From Candidatus Ratteibacteria bacterium (GTDB taxonomy: Bacteria > Ratteibacteria > UBA8468 > B48-G9 > JAFGKM01): a stretch of DNA of 14,749 bases. Each line of letters starts with the position of its first letter. The stretch's first letter is position 1. Below the pieces are notes generated by a model that saw only the letters and a program-made list of their open reading frames with translations, had not been told where the DNA came from and did not search any database. The stretch covers positions 3,702 through 18,450 of the forward strand of contig JBKBIN010000028.1 in assembly GCA_046296715.1 (NCBI GenBank), given 5' to 3'. A program made the translations under genes and the position numbers. Shown one piece after another: positions 7,175 to 14,749 of this stretch.

Positions 7175-8405
7175 AAATCAAATATTTGTATGTTGTTAAT
7201 TCCTCGAGTCCCATAGGTCCTCTTGCATGTATTTTGTCAGTGCTTATTCCTATTTCTGCTCCAAGGCCAAATTCTCCTCCATCAGTAAATCTTGTAGAAG
7301 CATTATGGTAAACTGCCGCTGAATCAACATTTTTTAGAAATTTTTCTGCGGATTCCTTGTTTTCTGTTATTATTGCATCTGAATGATGAGTTCCATATTT
7401 ATTTATATGGTTAATTGCTTCTTCTAATGAATCTACAATCTTTATTGAAATTATTAAATCAAGATACTCTGTATACCAATCATCTTCAACTGCCTTTTTA
7501 ATATCGGGTAGAATTTTTAATGTTTCTTCACAACCCCTCATTTCAACGCTGTATTGTCTAAAAAGTTCTGCCATTTTCGGTAAAAAATCCTTTGCTATAT
7601 CTTTGTGAACAAGAAGAGTTTCTGTTGCATTGCAGGTCGCAGGTCTTTGAACTTTTGCATTCAAAACAACTTTCCATGCGATTTCAAGGTTAGCATCTTT
7701 ATCAACATAAGTATGACATACACCAGCATAATGTTTTATTACAGGAATATAACTATTTTCAACAACTGTTTTTATCAATGAAGAACCTCCTCTTGGAATA
7801 ATAAGGTCAATATATTGATAAAGTTGAAGAAGATATTTAACAGACCTTCTTCCGCCAATTGTGATTAAGTTTACAATATTTTCAGGCAAACCAGATTGTT
7901 TTAATGCTTCTTTTATTAAATTAACAAGTTTTACATTTGTATTTTTTGCCTCCTTGCCTCCTCTTAAGATTACACCATTACCCGATTTAATACATAAAAT
8001 ACTTGCTTCAATAGTGACATCAGGCCTTGACTCATAAATAATACCTATCACTCCTATTGGGACTCTAATTTTTTCTATTTTTAAACCATTAGGTCTTATT
8101 GTTTCACTTACTTTTTTCCAGACAGGGTCTGGTAAAGAAAGAACATCTTTTATCGTTTTTCCAATTTTATCTATTCTTTTTTCATCAAGTTTCAATCTGT
8201 CAATAAAAGCATTTGTATAATTTTTTTTGAGACACTTTTTAACATCTTTTTCATTTTCTTTAATTATTTCCTGTTTGTTTTGCATTATTTTTTGATAAAG
8301 ATTTTCAAGAAAAAAATTTTTTTCTTTTTCTGTAAATTTCAAAAGTTCTAAATAGGCCTCTCTTGTTAATTTCACATCTTGAAGTATTTTTTCTTTCCAG
8401 TCCAT
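7149..8405 (-). CDS. proA: Gamma-glutamyl phosphate reductase
   Basis: PIGVIGIIYESRP, IPRGG, catalytic CNATE, NASTRFTDGGEFGLGAEIGIST, HARGPMGL. Confidence 0.99.
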   Translation of the reverse strand: MDWKEKILQDVKLTREAYLELLKFTEKEKNFFLENLYQKIMQNKQEIIKENEKDVKKCLKKNYTNAFIDRLKLDEKRIDKIGKTIKDVLSLPDPVWKKVSETIRPNGLKIEKIRVPIGVIGIIYESRPDVTIEASILCIKSGNGVILRGGKEAKNTNVKLVNLIKEALKQSGLPENIVNLITIGGRRSVKYLLQLYQYIDLIIPRGGSSLIKTVVENSYIPVIKHYAGVCHTYVDKDANLEIAWKVVLNAKVQRPATCNATETLLVHKDIAKDFLPKMAELFRQYSVEMRGCEETLKILPDIKKAVEDDWYTEYLDLIISIKIVDSLEEAINHINKYGTHHSDAIITENKESAEKFLKNVDSAAVYHNASTRFTDGGEFGLGAEIGISTDKIHARGPMGLEELTTYKYLIYGNGQIRE

Positions 8406-8418
8406 TTTCCCCCCACTT

Positions 8419-9210
8419 TTATGGATAGAAAATTGTTCCTATTTTTTCTCCTTTTATTAATTTTTTTATACAGTTTGGCTTTTTACCATTTAAAATTACG
8501 CAATATTTATTTTTTGATGTAACAAACTTTGCTGCTTCAATTTTACTTTTTATACCACCAATACCCTTTTCAGATGGAGAACCCAAATTTATCATTTTTT
8601 CCAATTTTTCTATTTTTTTGACCTCTCTTATTATTTTGCCTTTGTTTTTCTTTGGGTCATCTGTGAAAATACCATCAACATCTGAAAGTATAATTAATAG
8701 ATCTGCGTCAATTAAATCAACAACATAACTTGAAAGAATGTCATTGTCGCCAAACTTTATTTCTTCAACAGCAACGCTATCGTTTTCATTTATAATAGGT
8801 ATTACATTATATTTAAGTAAGGTAAGTAATGTGTTTTTTGCATATAATCTTCTTTCTGGAGTTGTTAAAACATCTCTTGTAAGAAGTATTTGACCAACAT
8901 TTAGTCCTTCTTCTCTAAATAATCTTTCATAGGTTCTCATTAATCTACTTTGTCCAACACTTGCTGCTGCCTGAAGCATATTAAGTTTTTTAGGTCTTTT
9001 TTTCCATCCAAGTATTTGCATTCCTGCTGCTATTGCTCCTGATGTAACTATTATTGCTTCTTTATTTTTTTCCTTAACTAACCAATTTATTTGTTCAACT
9101 ATGTTCTCAATTACAGAAGTATCTAATCTATTATTTTCAGTTGTTAAAACATTTGTTCCAATTTTAATAACAATCCTTTTTAAATTTGAAAATAATTTCG
9201 CTCTATTCAT
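8419..9210 (-). CDS. proB: Glutamate 5-kinase (no PUA domain)
   Basis: RIVIKIGT, VTSGAI, GQSRLM, PIINENDSV, FGDNDIL. 263 aa, ending after the kinase domain. Confidence 0.98.
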   Translation of the reverse strand: MNRAKLFSNLKRIVIKIGTNVLTTENNRLDTSVIENIVEQINWLVKEKNKEAIIVTSGAIAAGMQILGWKKRPKKLNMLQAAASVGQSRLMRTYERLFREEGLNVGQILLTRDVLTTPERRLYAKNTLLTLLKYNVIPIINENDSVAVEEIKFGDNDILSSYVVDLIDADLLIILSDVDGIFTDDPKKNKGKIIREVKKIEKLEKMINLGSPSEKGIGGIKSKIEAAKFVTSKNKYCVILNGKKPNCIKKLIKGEKIGTIFYP

Positions 9211-10055
9211 TCTAAATTTTCTCTGTATTTTTTACCTTTTGTTAAAAAATTTTCTAATTTTTTTTTATCGTGATTTTCTAAATATTTTTTAACTTTTTTA
9301 AGTTCCTTTTCAAATTTTTTTATCCAGAATAAAAGATTTTTTTTATTGAATAGAAAAATGTCTGACCACAATTCTGGACTGCTTTTTCCTATTCTTGTGG
9401 TGTCAAGAAAACCTGAACCATAATATTCTTTAGAAAATTTTTTGTTTTTATATCCAATAGAAAGTAAAGAATAAACTAAAAAATGGGGCAGATGACTTGT
9501 AAAAGCAAAAATTTTATCATGTTGTTCAGGACTCATTTCAAAAACATTACTTCCTAAATTTTCCCATAATCTTTTTATTTTCTCTTTAGCAACTTCATTT
9601 GTTTTTTCTGTAGGTGTAATTATAACTGTTTTATTTTCAAAAATTCCTTCTTTTACATTATCTATTCCAGTTTTTTCAGAACCTGATATAGGATGAGATC
9701 CAACAAAATTGGAATTTTCTCCTAAAATTTTTTTTACCTCGTGACAAACAAATTTTTTTACACTTGCAACATCTGTGAAAAAAATTTTTGGATTGACTTT
9801 TTTTATTAATTGAAAGTATATATTCATAACACTTATTGGCGTTGCAAGAATAAGAAAATCAACCTTCTCAATTAATTCTTCTGGATTTTTATAATATAAA
9901 TCAATTATTCCTCTTTCCACTGCTTTTTCCATTGTTTCTATTTTTCTGCTATATCCAATAACTCTTTCTGCTATCTTTTTCCTTTTTATATCTAAACACA
10001 AAGAACCACCAATTAATCCAATTCCAATAACTCCAATCTTTTTAAATTCAAACAT
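9207..10055 (-). CDS. tyrA: Prephenate/arogenate dehydrogenase (TyrA family)
   Basis: GIGLIGGS, DVASVK, HPISGSE, HD..SHLPH, DTTRI..SPELWSDI. Confidence 0.95.
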   Translation of the reverse strand: MFEFKKIGVIGIGLIGGSLCLDIKRKKIAERVIGYSRKIETMEKAVERGIIDLYYKNPEELIEKVDFLILATPISVMNIYFQLIKKVNPKIFFTDVASVKKFVCHEVKKILGENSNFVGSHPISGSEKTGIDNVKEGIFENKTVIITPTEKTNEVAKEKIKRLWENLGSNVFEMSPEQHDKIFAFTSHLPHFLVYSLLSIGYKNKKFSKEYYGSGFLDTTRIGKSSPELWSDIFLFNKKNLLFWIKKFEKELKKVKKYLENHDKKKLENFLTKGKKYRENLE

Positions 10056-10061
10056 TTTGAA

Positions 10062-10805
10062 TTATTTTTCTTCTTTTTTAATAAAATGTTTGAATATTTC
10101 AAGTGGTAATGGAAAAACAAGGGTTGAATTTTTTTCGGCTGCAATTTCTGTTGCTGTTTGTAAATATCTCAGTTGAATTGCCATTGGTACTTCAGATAAA
10201 ATTTCCGCTGCCTCTTTTAGTTTTTGTGCTGCTTGAAATTCTCCTTCTGCATTTATAATTTTTGCTCTTCTTTCTCTTTCTACTTCTGCTTGTCTTGCCA
10301 TTGCTCTTTTCATTGTGTCAGGTAATTCAACTTCTTTTATTTCTACAATACTTACTTTTATCCCCCATGGGTCTGTTTGTTCGTCTATTATCTGTTGTAA
10401 TCTATGGTTAATCTTTTCTCTTTCTGCAAGTATTTCATCAAGTTCAAGTTGTCCTGCTACTCCTCTTAATGTTGTTTGGGCAATCTGCATAGTGGATAAT
10501 TGGTAATTTTCTACTTCTACGACTGATTTGACAGGATCCATAACTCTAAACCATACAACTGCATTAATTTTTATTGGAACATTATCTTTTGTCATAACTT
10601 CCTGAGGAGTAACATCAAAAGTTACAGTTCGTAAACTAACTTTTACCATCTTCTCAATAATAGGAATTAAAAAAATTAAGCCTGGACCCCGTGCTCCAAC
10701 CAATCTACCAAGCCGAAAAACAACCCCTCTTTCATATTCATTAACAATTTTTATAGAATTTGCTAAAATCATAAAAACTACAATTGCCAAAATTATCCAT
10801 CCCAT
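10062..10805 (-). CDS. SPFH/band 7 stomatin-like (slipin) membrane protein
   Basis: [51 protein letters not shown]. The start at 10805 is preferred over 10823: AGGAGG SD lies just upstream and the predicted -10 box is at 10830-10825. Confidence 0.95.
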   Translation of the reverse strand: MGWIILAIVVFMILANSIKIVNEYERGVVFRLGRLVGARGPGLIFLIPIIEKMVKVSLRTVTFDVTPQEVMTKDNVPIKINAVVWFRVMDPVKSVVEVENYQLSTMQIAQTTLRGVAGQLELDEILAEREKINHRLQQIIDEQTDPWGIKVSIVEIKEVELPDTMKRAMARQAEVERERRAKIINAEGEFQAAQKLKEAAEILSEVPMAIQLRYLQTATEIAAEKNSTLVFPLPLEIFKHFIKKEEK

Positions 10806-10824
10806 AAATACCTCCTTTTTCATA

Positions 10825-10854
10825 ATTATATCTCAATGAAAACAGAATAGTCAA
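10825..10854 (-). promoter_or_regulatory. Sigma70-type promoter for the leftward gene string
   Basis: TTGACT (10854-10849) - 18 nt - TATAAT (10830-10825). Confidence 0.7.
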
Positions 10855-10881
10855 CTATAATACTTTTTTAGTTTTAAAAAA

Positions 10882-10910
10882 TTTACAAAAGAAAAAAAAT
10901 TATGTAAAAT
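10882..10910 (+). promoter_or_regulatory. Sigma70-type promoter for creatininase-ribF
   Basis: TTTACA (10882-10887) - 17 nt - TAAAAT (10905-10910). The AT-rich background lowers specificity. Confidence 0.55.
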
Positions 10911-10956
10911 CTTACTGGAATAAAATTAAAGTTTCTTGAAAAAATAGGAGAATTAT

Positions 10957-11724
10957 ATGAAAAGTAAATTGATTGAAATGACGTTGAAAGAGGTAAAAGA
11001 TTTTGGGAAAATTGAAGTTTGTGTTTTACCTTGGGGTTCTTGTGAACCACATAATTTTCATCTTCCTTATGGTTGTGATAGTTTAACAGTAGAAAAGATT
11101 GCAGAAATAAGTTGTAGAAAAGCGAATGAAAAAGGTGGTAAAGTAATAGTTTTACCTACAATTCAAATTGGAGTTAATTCTAATCTTTTTGGTTTTCCAA
11201 TGACCTTACATTTCTCTCCAACAACTCAACTTGCCATAATTAAAGATATTGTTTATGCACTTGAAAATCATAAAATTTATAAACTCGTTATAATTAATGG
11301 ACATGGAGGAAATGAATTTAAAGGTCTTATAAGAGAATTATATGGAAAAACAAAAGTATTTATTTTTCTTATTGAGTGGTGGAATGTAAGAAGAGATATT
11401 GCTGAAAAAGTTCTTGAAGATAAAACAGGAGAACATGGAAACGAAGCAGAGACAAGTTGGTTTATGTATCTTTATCCAGAACTTGTTCATCTTGAATGGG
11501 CAGATGATGGTTCTGTAAATAAATCAAGATTTGAAGAAATAGAAAAAGGATGGGTTTGGATTACAAGGCCTTGGCATCTTCTAACTAAAAATTCTGGATA
11601 TGGAAATCCAAAGAAAGCAAATTCAGAAAAAGGTAAAAAAATTGTTGAAGGTGCTACTGATAGAATTGCAGAATTTCTTTTAAAGTTGTCTAAATCAGAA
11701 ATAGATAATAAGTTTCCTTATTAA
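10957..11724 (+). CDS. Creatininase/amidohydrolase family protein (substrate unknown)
   Basis: GSCEPHNFHLPYGCD, NGHGGN and EHGNEAETS metal-binding motifs. AGGAG SD. Confidence 0.92.
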   Translation: MKSKLIEMTLKEVKDFGKIEVCVLPWGSCEPHNFHLPYGCDSLTVEKIAEISCRKANEKGGKVIVLPTIQIGVNSNLFGFPMTLHFSPTTQLAIIKDIVYALENHKIYKLVIINGHGGNEFKGLIRELYGKTKVFIFLIEWWNVRRDIAEKVLEDKTGEHGNEAETSWFMYLYPELVHLEWADDGSVNKSRFEEIEKGWVWITRPWHLLTKNSGYGNPKKANSEKGKKIVEGATDRIAEFLLKLSKSEIDNKFPY

Positions 11725-11730
11725 TATAAG

Positions 11731-12606
11731 ATGGAAGTAAAACACTTTTCAGATATTGATATAATTGGTAAAGGAGTTTCAATAGGGATTGGTAAATTTG
11801 ATGGTTTTCATTTAGGGCATAAGAAAATAATAGAGGAAGTAATTAGAAAAGCAAAAAATAAAAGGTCAATACCAGCAGTATTCACATTTAAAAATTTTCC
11901 AGTTGAGTTTTACATATCAACTTGGGAAGAGAAATTGAATTTTTTTAAAGATAATGGAATAGAACTATGTATTTGGTGTGACTTTGAAGAAATTTCCTTT
12001 TGGGAGCCATTTGAGTTTATTGAGTATCTTAAATCAATTAATACAAATTGTGTAATAGTTGGTAATGATTTTAAATTTGGTTCTCATAAAAAGGGCCAGA
12101 TTTCTGATTTAAAAAAAGAATTTGAAGTTTTTGTTATTGAAACAGTTAAGATTGGCGGAATTGTGGTAAATTCATCAAATATAAGAGAGTTTTTAAAGAA
12201 TGGCAATTTTGAAAATGTTAATAAATTTCTTGGAAGGCAATTTTCTTTTAAAGGTAAAGTTATAACAGGTAATTCAAAAGGAAAAGCCCTTGGTTTTCCA
12301 ACTGCAAATCTATCTCTTTTTAACAATATAAATATTAAAAATGGGATTTATGGTTGCTGGGTAAAATATAATGAGAATTTTTTCAAAGGTGCTTTATCAA
12401 TTGGTAATTGTCCAACATTCGGAAATCAAGATAAAAAAATAGAAGTCCATATTATTGGATTTGATAAAGTTATCTATGGAGAAACAATTGAGGTATTTCC
12501 AGTATTTAGAATAAGAGACCAGAAAAAATATGATAATATTGAAAATCTAAGAGATGCTATTAAAAAGGATATAGAAGATATAAGCGAAAAATTAACTTTA
12601 CCATAA
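11731..12606 (+). CDS. ribF: Bifunctional riboflavin kinase / FAD synthetase
   Basis: GKFDGFHLGH, VGNDFKFG, SSNIR, GKALGFPTAN, IEVHII. Confidence 0.96.
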   Translation: MEVKHFSDIDIIGKGVSIGIGKFDGFHLGHKKIIEEVIRKAKNKRSIPAVFTFKNFPVEFYISTWEEKLNFFKDNGIELCIWCDFEEISFWEPFEFIEYLKSINTNCVIVGNDFKFGSHKKGQISDLKKEFEVFVIETVKIGGIVVNSSNIREFLKNGNFENVNKFLGRQFSFKGKVITGNSKGKALGFPTANLSLFNNINIKNGIYGCWVKYNENFFKGALSIGNCPTFGNQDKKIEVHIIGFDKVIYGETIEVFPVFRIRDQKKYDNIENLRDAIKKDIEDISEKLTLP

Positions 12607-12611
12607 TAAAA

Positions 12612-13304
12612 TTATTTTATTCCTTCTGAAAATTCAGGGAATTTTTCTAACCATTCTTTTTTAAACATTTTTGCTTTTTCACTCGGTAAATCTTTAAAAA
12701 ATGGCTCTCTTGTAAATCCTGCATCAATCCCTCTAAATTTCAAAGCCACTTTTCTACTTGTTATACCACCATATCTATGTAATAAATCCACTGCTTCAGT
12801 TATTCTCTTCTGTAGTTTTATTGCTTTTTCTATTTCATTCTTTTTAAAACTTTCATAAATATCTATAAAAATTTCAGGCAATATATTTTGAGTTGAACCA
12901 ATGCAACCAATAACTCCCATAGTTAAAGCAGGTAAAAATAATTCATCTGGTCCACTGAATGCAATCCATTTTCCTTTCATTTTTATCAATAAATCCTGTA
13001 AAAGATAAAAATCTGTATATGTATATTTAAGCCCTATAATATTTTTTATTTCTCCAAGTTTTAAAATCTGTTCATTTTTTAGAAAAACTCCTGTTGTTTG
13101 AGGAATATAATAAAAGAAAAAGGGGATAGAAATTGACAATGCTACTTCTTTATAAAAATTAAAAATTTCATCAAAACTAAAATTATAATAAAATGGAGGT
13201 ACTGACGAAACAGCATCAACTTTAATTTTTTCAGAATGTTGAGCAAGTTTAATTGTATCTCTTGTATTTAAAGCACCGATATGAACAATTATTCTTACCT
13301 TATT
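12612..13304 (-). pseudogene. N-terminally truncated N-acetylneuraminate lyase-like (DapA/NanA family) gene
   Basis: The frame is open from 13304 with no start codon or SD, behind an in-frame TAG at 13307-13305. It reads NKVRIIVHIGALNTRDTIKLAQHSEKIKVDAVSSVPPFYY...YYIP...GLKYT (Schiff-base Lys)...GPDE...GSTQN. 230 aa against ~300 for the family; the GxxGE-containing N-terminus is absent. Confidence 0.85.
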
Positions 13305-14274
13305 CTACTTTTACTTTGCCACTCTTTGAACCAGATATATATACTTTTATTGGAATTTGTTTGCCTACCTGTAATTCCTTTTGAGATATAAAGTTACCTA
13401 TCCCTGATTCTGTTCCTACTGTTATCCCTATCGTATAATTCTCATCAGCAGCATCAATACTTTCAATCCCTTCAACTGGATAAATAATATAACTTGTTTT
13501 CCACTCTTCTTGTGATTTTAAATTTAACCTTCTATATGGCCATTGGACACATGTACCTTTCCCTTTTGATAACCAACATTCAATTGCATCAAGATATTTC
13601 CAGTCCATAACAAAAACAAATCCTAATTTGCTCTGAACACTTATAAATCCTGTAAAGTTTGATGTTGGCTCTTGTGAACCTACTGGTGCACTAAAACTTC
13701 TTACCTGACTGTCAAAATCCCTTAGAACTCCTAACTCATCAGGAACAAAATACCAACTATCTTCATTCTCTATCCATGCCCAATGACCTATCATAAGTGT
13801 AAATGGTAATGTCTCTTTTGAATTATTCTTTACATTTATAGAAACGTTTATAATAGGTGAATCCCTGTATAATGTATATCTCCTTTCTATCAAAACTTCT
13901 TTATAAACACTGAATTTACCTACACCTGGTAAATTTCCATAAAATTTAACTTCTGTTATATCAGGTCTAGTTTTTATAATCTCTGCATTATATGGATGAT
14001 TACAATAATAAATCTTACTTCCTATCATCTCTCCAAGTTCAACAATATGATCCTGAAACCAGGCACTTGGTGTACTTATAATTTTATTTGTTGGTTTATA
14101 AAAAACTTCCTTTGCCTTTGCACCTTCTGATGGAGTAAAAGTGATTCTATAGTATTCGTTTTCCATAATCAATACATCGTCTTTTCCATCTCCATCGGTG
14201 TCTTTAAAATAAGCAGTCGTATCTGAAAATAAAAGAGAACTTGAAAGAACTAACATTATCAGAATTTTTCTCAT
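13300..14274 (-). CDS. Secreted protein with a DxDxDG motif and a galactose-mutarotase-like beta-sandwich; possibly C-terminally truncated
   Basis: Signal peptide MRKILIMLVLSSSLLFS. DTDGDGKDDVLIMENEYYRITFTPSEGAK resembles the start of GH57 C-terminal/mutarotase-like domains. GGAGG SD. The stop lies at the junction with the truncated lyase. Confidence 0.6.
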   Translation of the reverse strand: MRKILIMLVLSSSLLFSDTTAYFKDTDGDGKDDVLIMENEYYRITFTPSEGAKAKEVFYKPTNKIISTPSAWFQDHIVELGEMIGSKIYYCNHPYNAEIIKTRPDITEVKFYGNLPGVGKFSVYKEVLIERRYTLYRDSPIINVSINVKNNSKETLPFTLMIGHWAWIENEDSWYFVPDELGVLRDFDSQVRSFSAPVGSQEPTSNFTGFISVQSKLGFVFVMDWKYLDAIECWLSKGKGTCVQWPYRRLNLKSQEEWKTSYIIYPVEGIESIDAADENYTIGITVGTESGIGNFISQKELQVGKQIPIKVYISGSKSGKVKVE

Positions 14275-14311
14275 CTTTTACCTCCTTTTTTAGTTATCTT
14301 TCCTCTCTTCT

Positions 14312-14749
14312 TTATTCTTCTTTATTTGGTAATTCAATCTTTTCTGCTTTATTATTTTTACACTCTGTATTTTGTCCAACTATTATAATATCTGCTTTTA
14401 TATGACCAGAAAGTTCATTTTCTTCAATAATATTAAAATCTGCAAAAGTCGGTTTATCTCTATAGATCCCATTCTTTTCCTCAATTCCTATATACTGTGT
14501 TTTTTCATTTTGAGTATCTCTTATTATATTTCCTCTAATAGTATAATTCATAGCATCTTCTGTTGAGGCATAAAGCATAATTCCTGGAAATTTTCCTGGT
14601 TGTGATTTTGAATTGTTTTCAATTATATTTTTTATTATTTGATTGTTTGATTTTTTCCCACCATTTATCTCAATTCCTGCTGCCCCATTTTCATAGATAT
14701 GGTTTCCTTCTATAAGATTATTTACATCTCCCGGATTTCCAAGACCTCC
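14312..14749 (-). CDS. Right-handed parallel beta-helix repeat protein (pectin-lyase-like fold), C-terminal part
   Basis: The frame is open from the right edge (145 aa): GGLGNPGDVNNLIEGNHIYENGAAGIEINGGKKSNNQIIKNIIENNSKSQPGKFPGIMLY...YTIRGNIIRDTQ...NIIEENEL, with repeated I-x-x-N-x-I coils. The 88-aa ORF in the track is only its tail. Confidence 0.8.
   Translation of the reverse strand, partial: GGLGNPGDVNNLIEGNHIYENGAAGIEINGGKKSNNQIIKNIIENNSKSQPGKFPGIMLYASTEDAMNYTIRGNIIRDTQNEKTQYIGIEEKNGIYRDKPTFADFNIIEENELSGHIKADIIIVGQNTECKNNKAEKIELPNKEE

Noticed and set aside
12612..13139. 175-aa TTG-started ORF as an intact gene
   Set aside because: Family similarity continues 55 codons upstream of the TTG in the same frame, so it is an internal Leu codon of a truncated gene.
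13295..13310. Programmed +1 frameshift fusing the secreted protein to the lyase
   Set aside because: No recognisable slippery site, and the product would be an exported protein with an incomplete TIM barrel. Deletion or misassembly is simpler.
2606..14566. Other short opposite-strand ORFs (2606, 3459, 4671, 6148, 6863, 9101, 10315, 12084, 14372)
   Set aside because: All lie antisense to well-supported genes and have shadow-like composition with no motifs.

Overview
Very AT-rich, densely coding bacterial DNA. Bases 1-10805 form one tightly packed minus-strand string: SPFH/stomatin - tyrA - proB - proA - nadD - pheS - pheT - zapA - initiator-type tRNA-Met(CAT) - PilM-PilN fusion - PilO/Amuc_1100-like gene - an unannotated Lys/Glu/Arg-rich gene (701 to <1, missed by the ORF track) with a near-perfect repeat at 390-nt (130-aa) spacing. 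A divergent promoter region leads to a plus-strand creatininase-family gene and ribF. The right end holds minus-strand genes that look carbohydrate-related: a partial beta-helix protein, a secreted mutarotase-like-fold protein, and an N-acetylneuraminate-lyase-like gene that has lost its first ~70 codons at an abrupt junction near 13300. Most notable: (1) the Akkermansia-type type IV pilus module followed by a long charged helical repeat protein, apparently downstream of a tRNA promoter; (2) the atypical initiator tRNA (U1-A72, A29-U41, C33); (3) the deletion or chimera junction. A PVC-related host (e.g. Omnitrophota/Ratteibacteria-like) is my inference only. All family calls come from motif recognition by eye; no searches were run.
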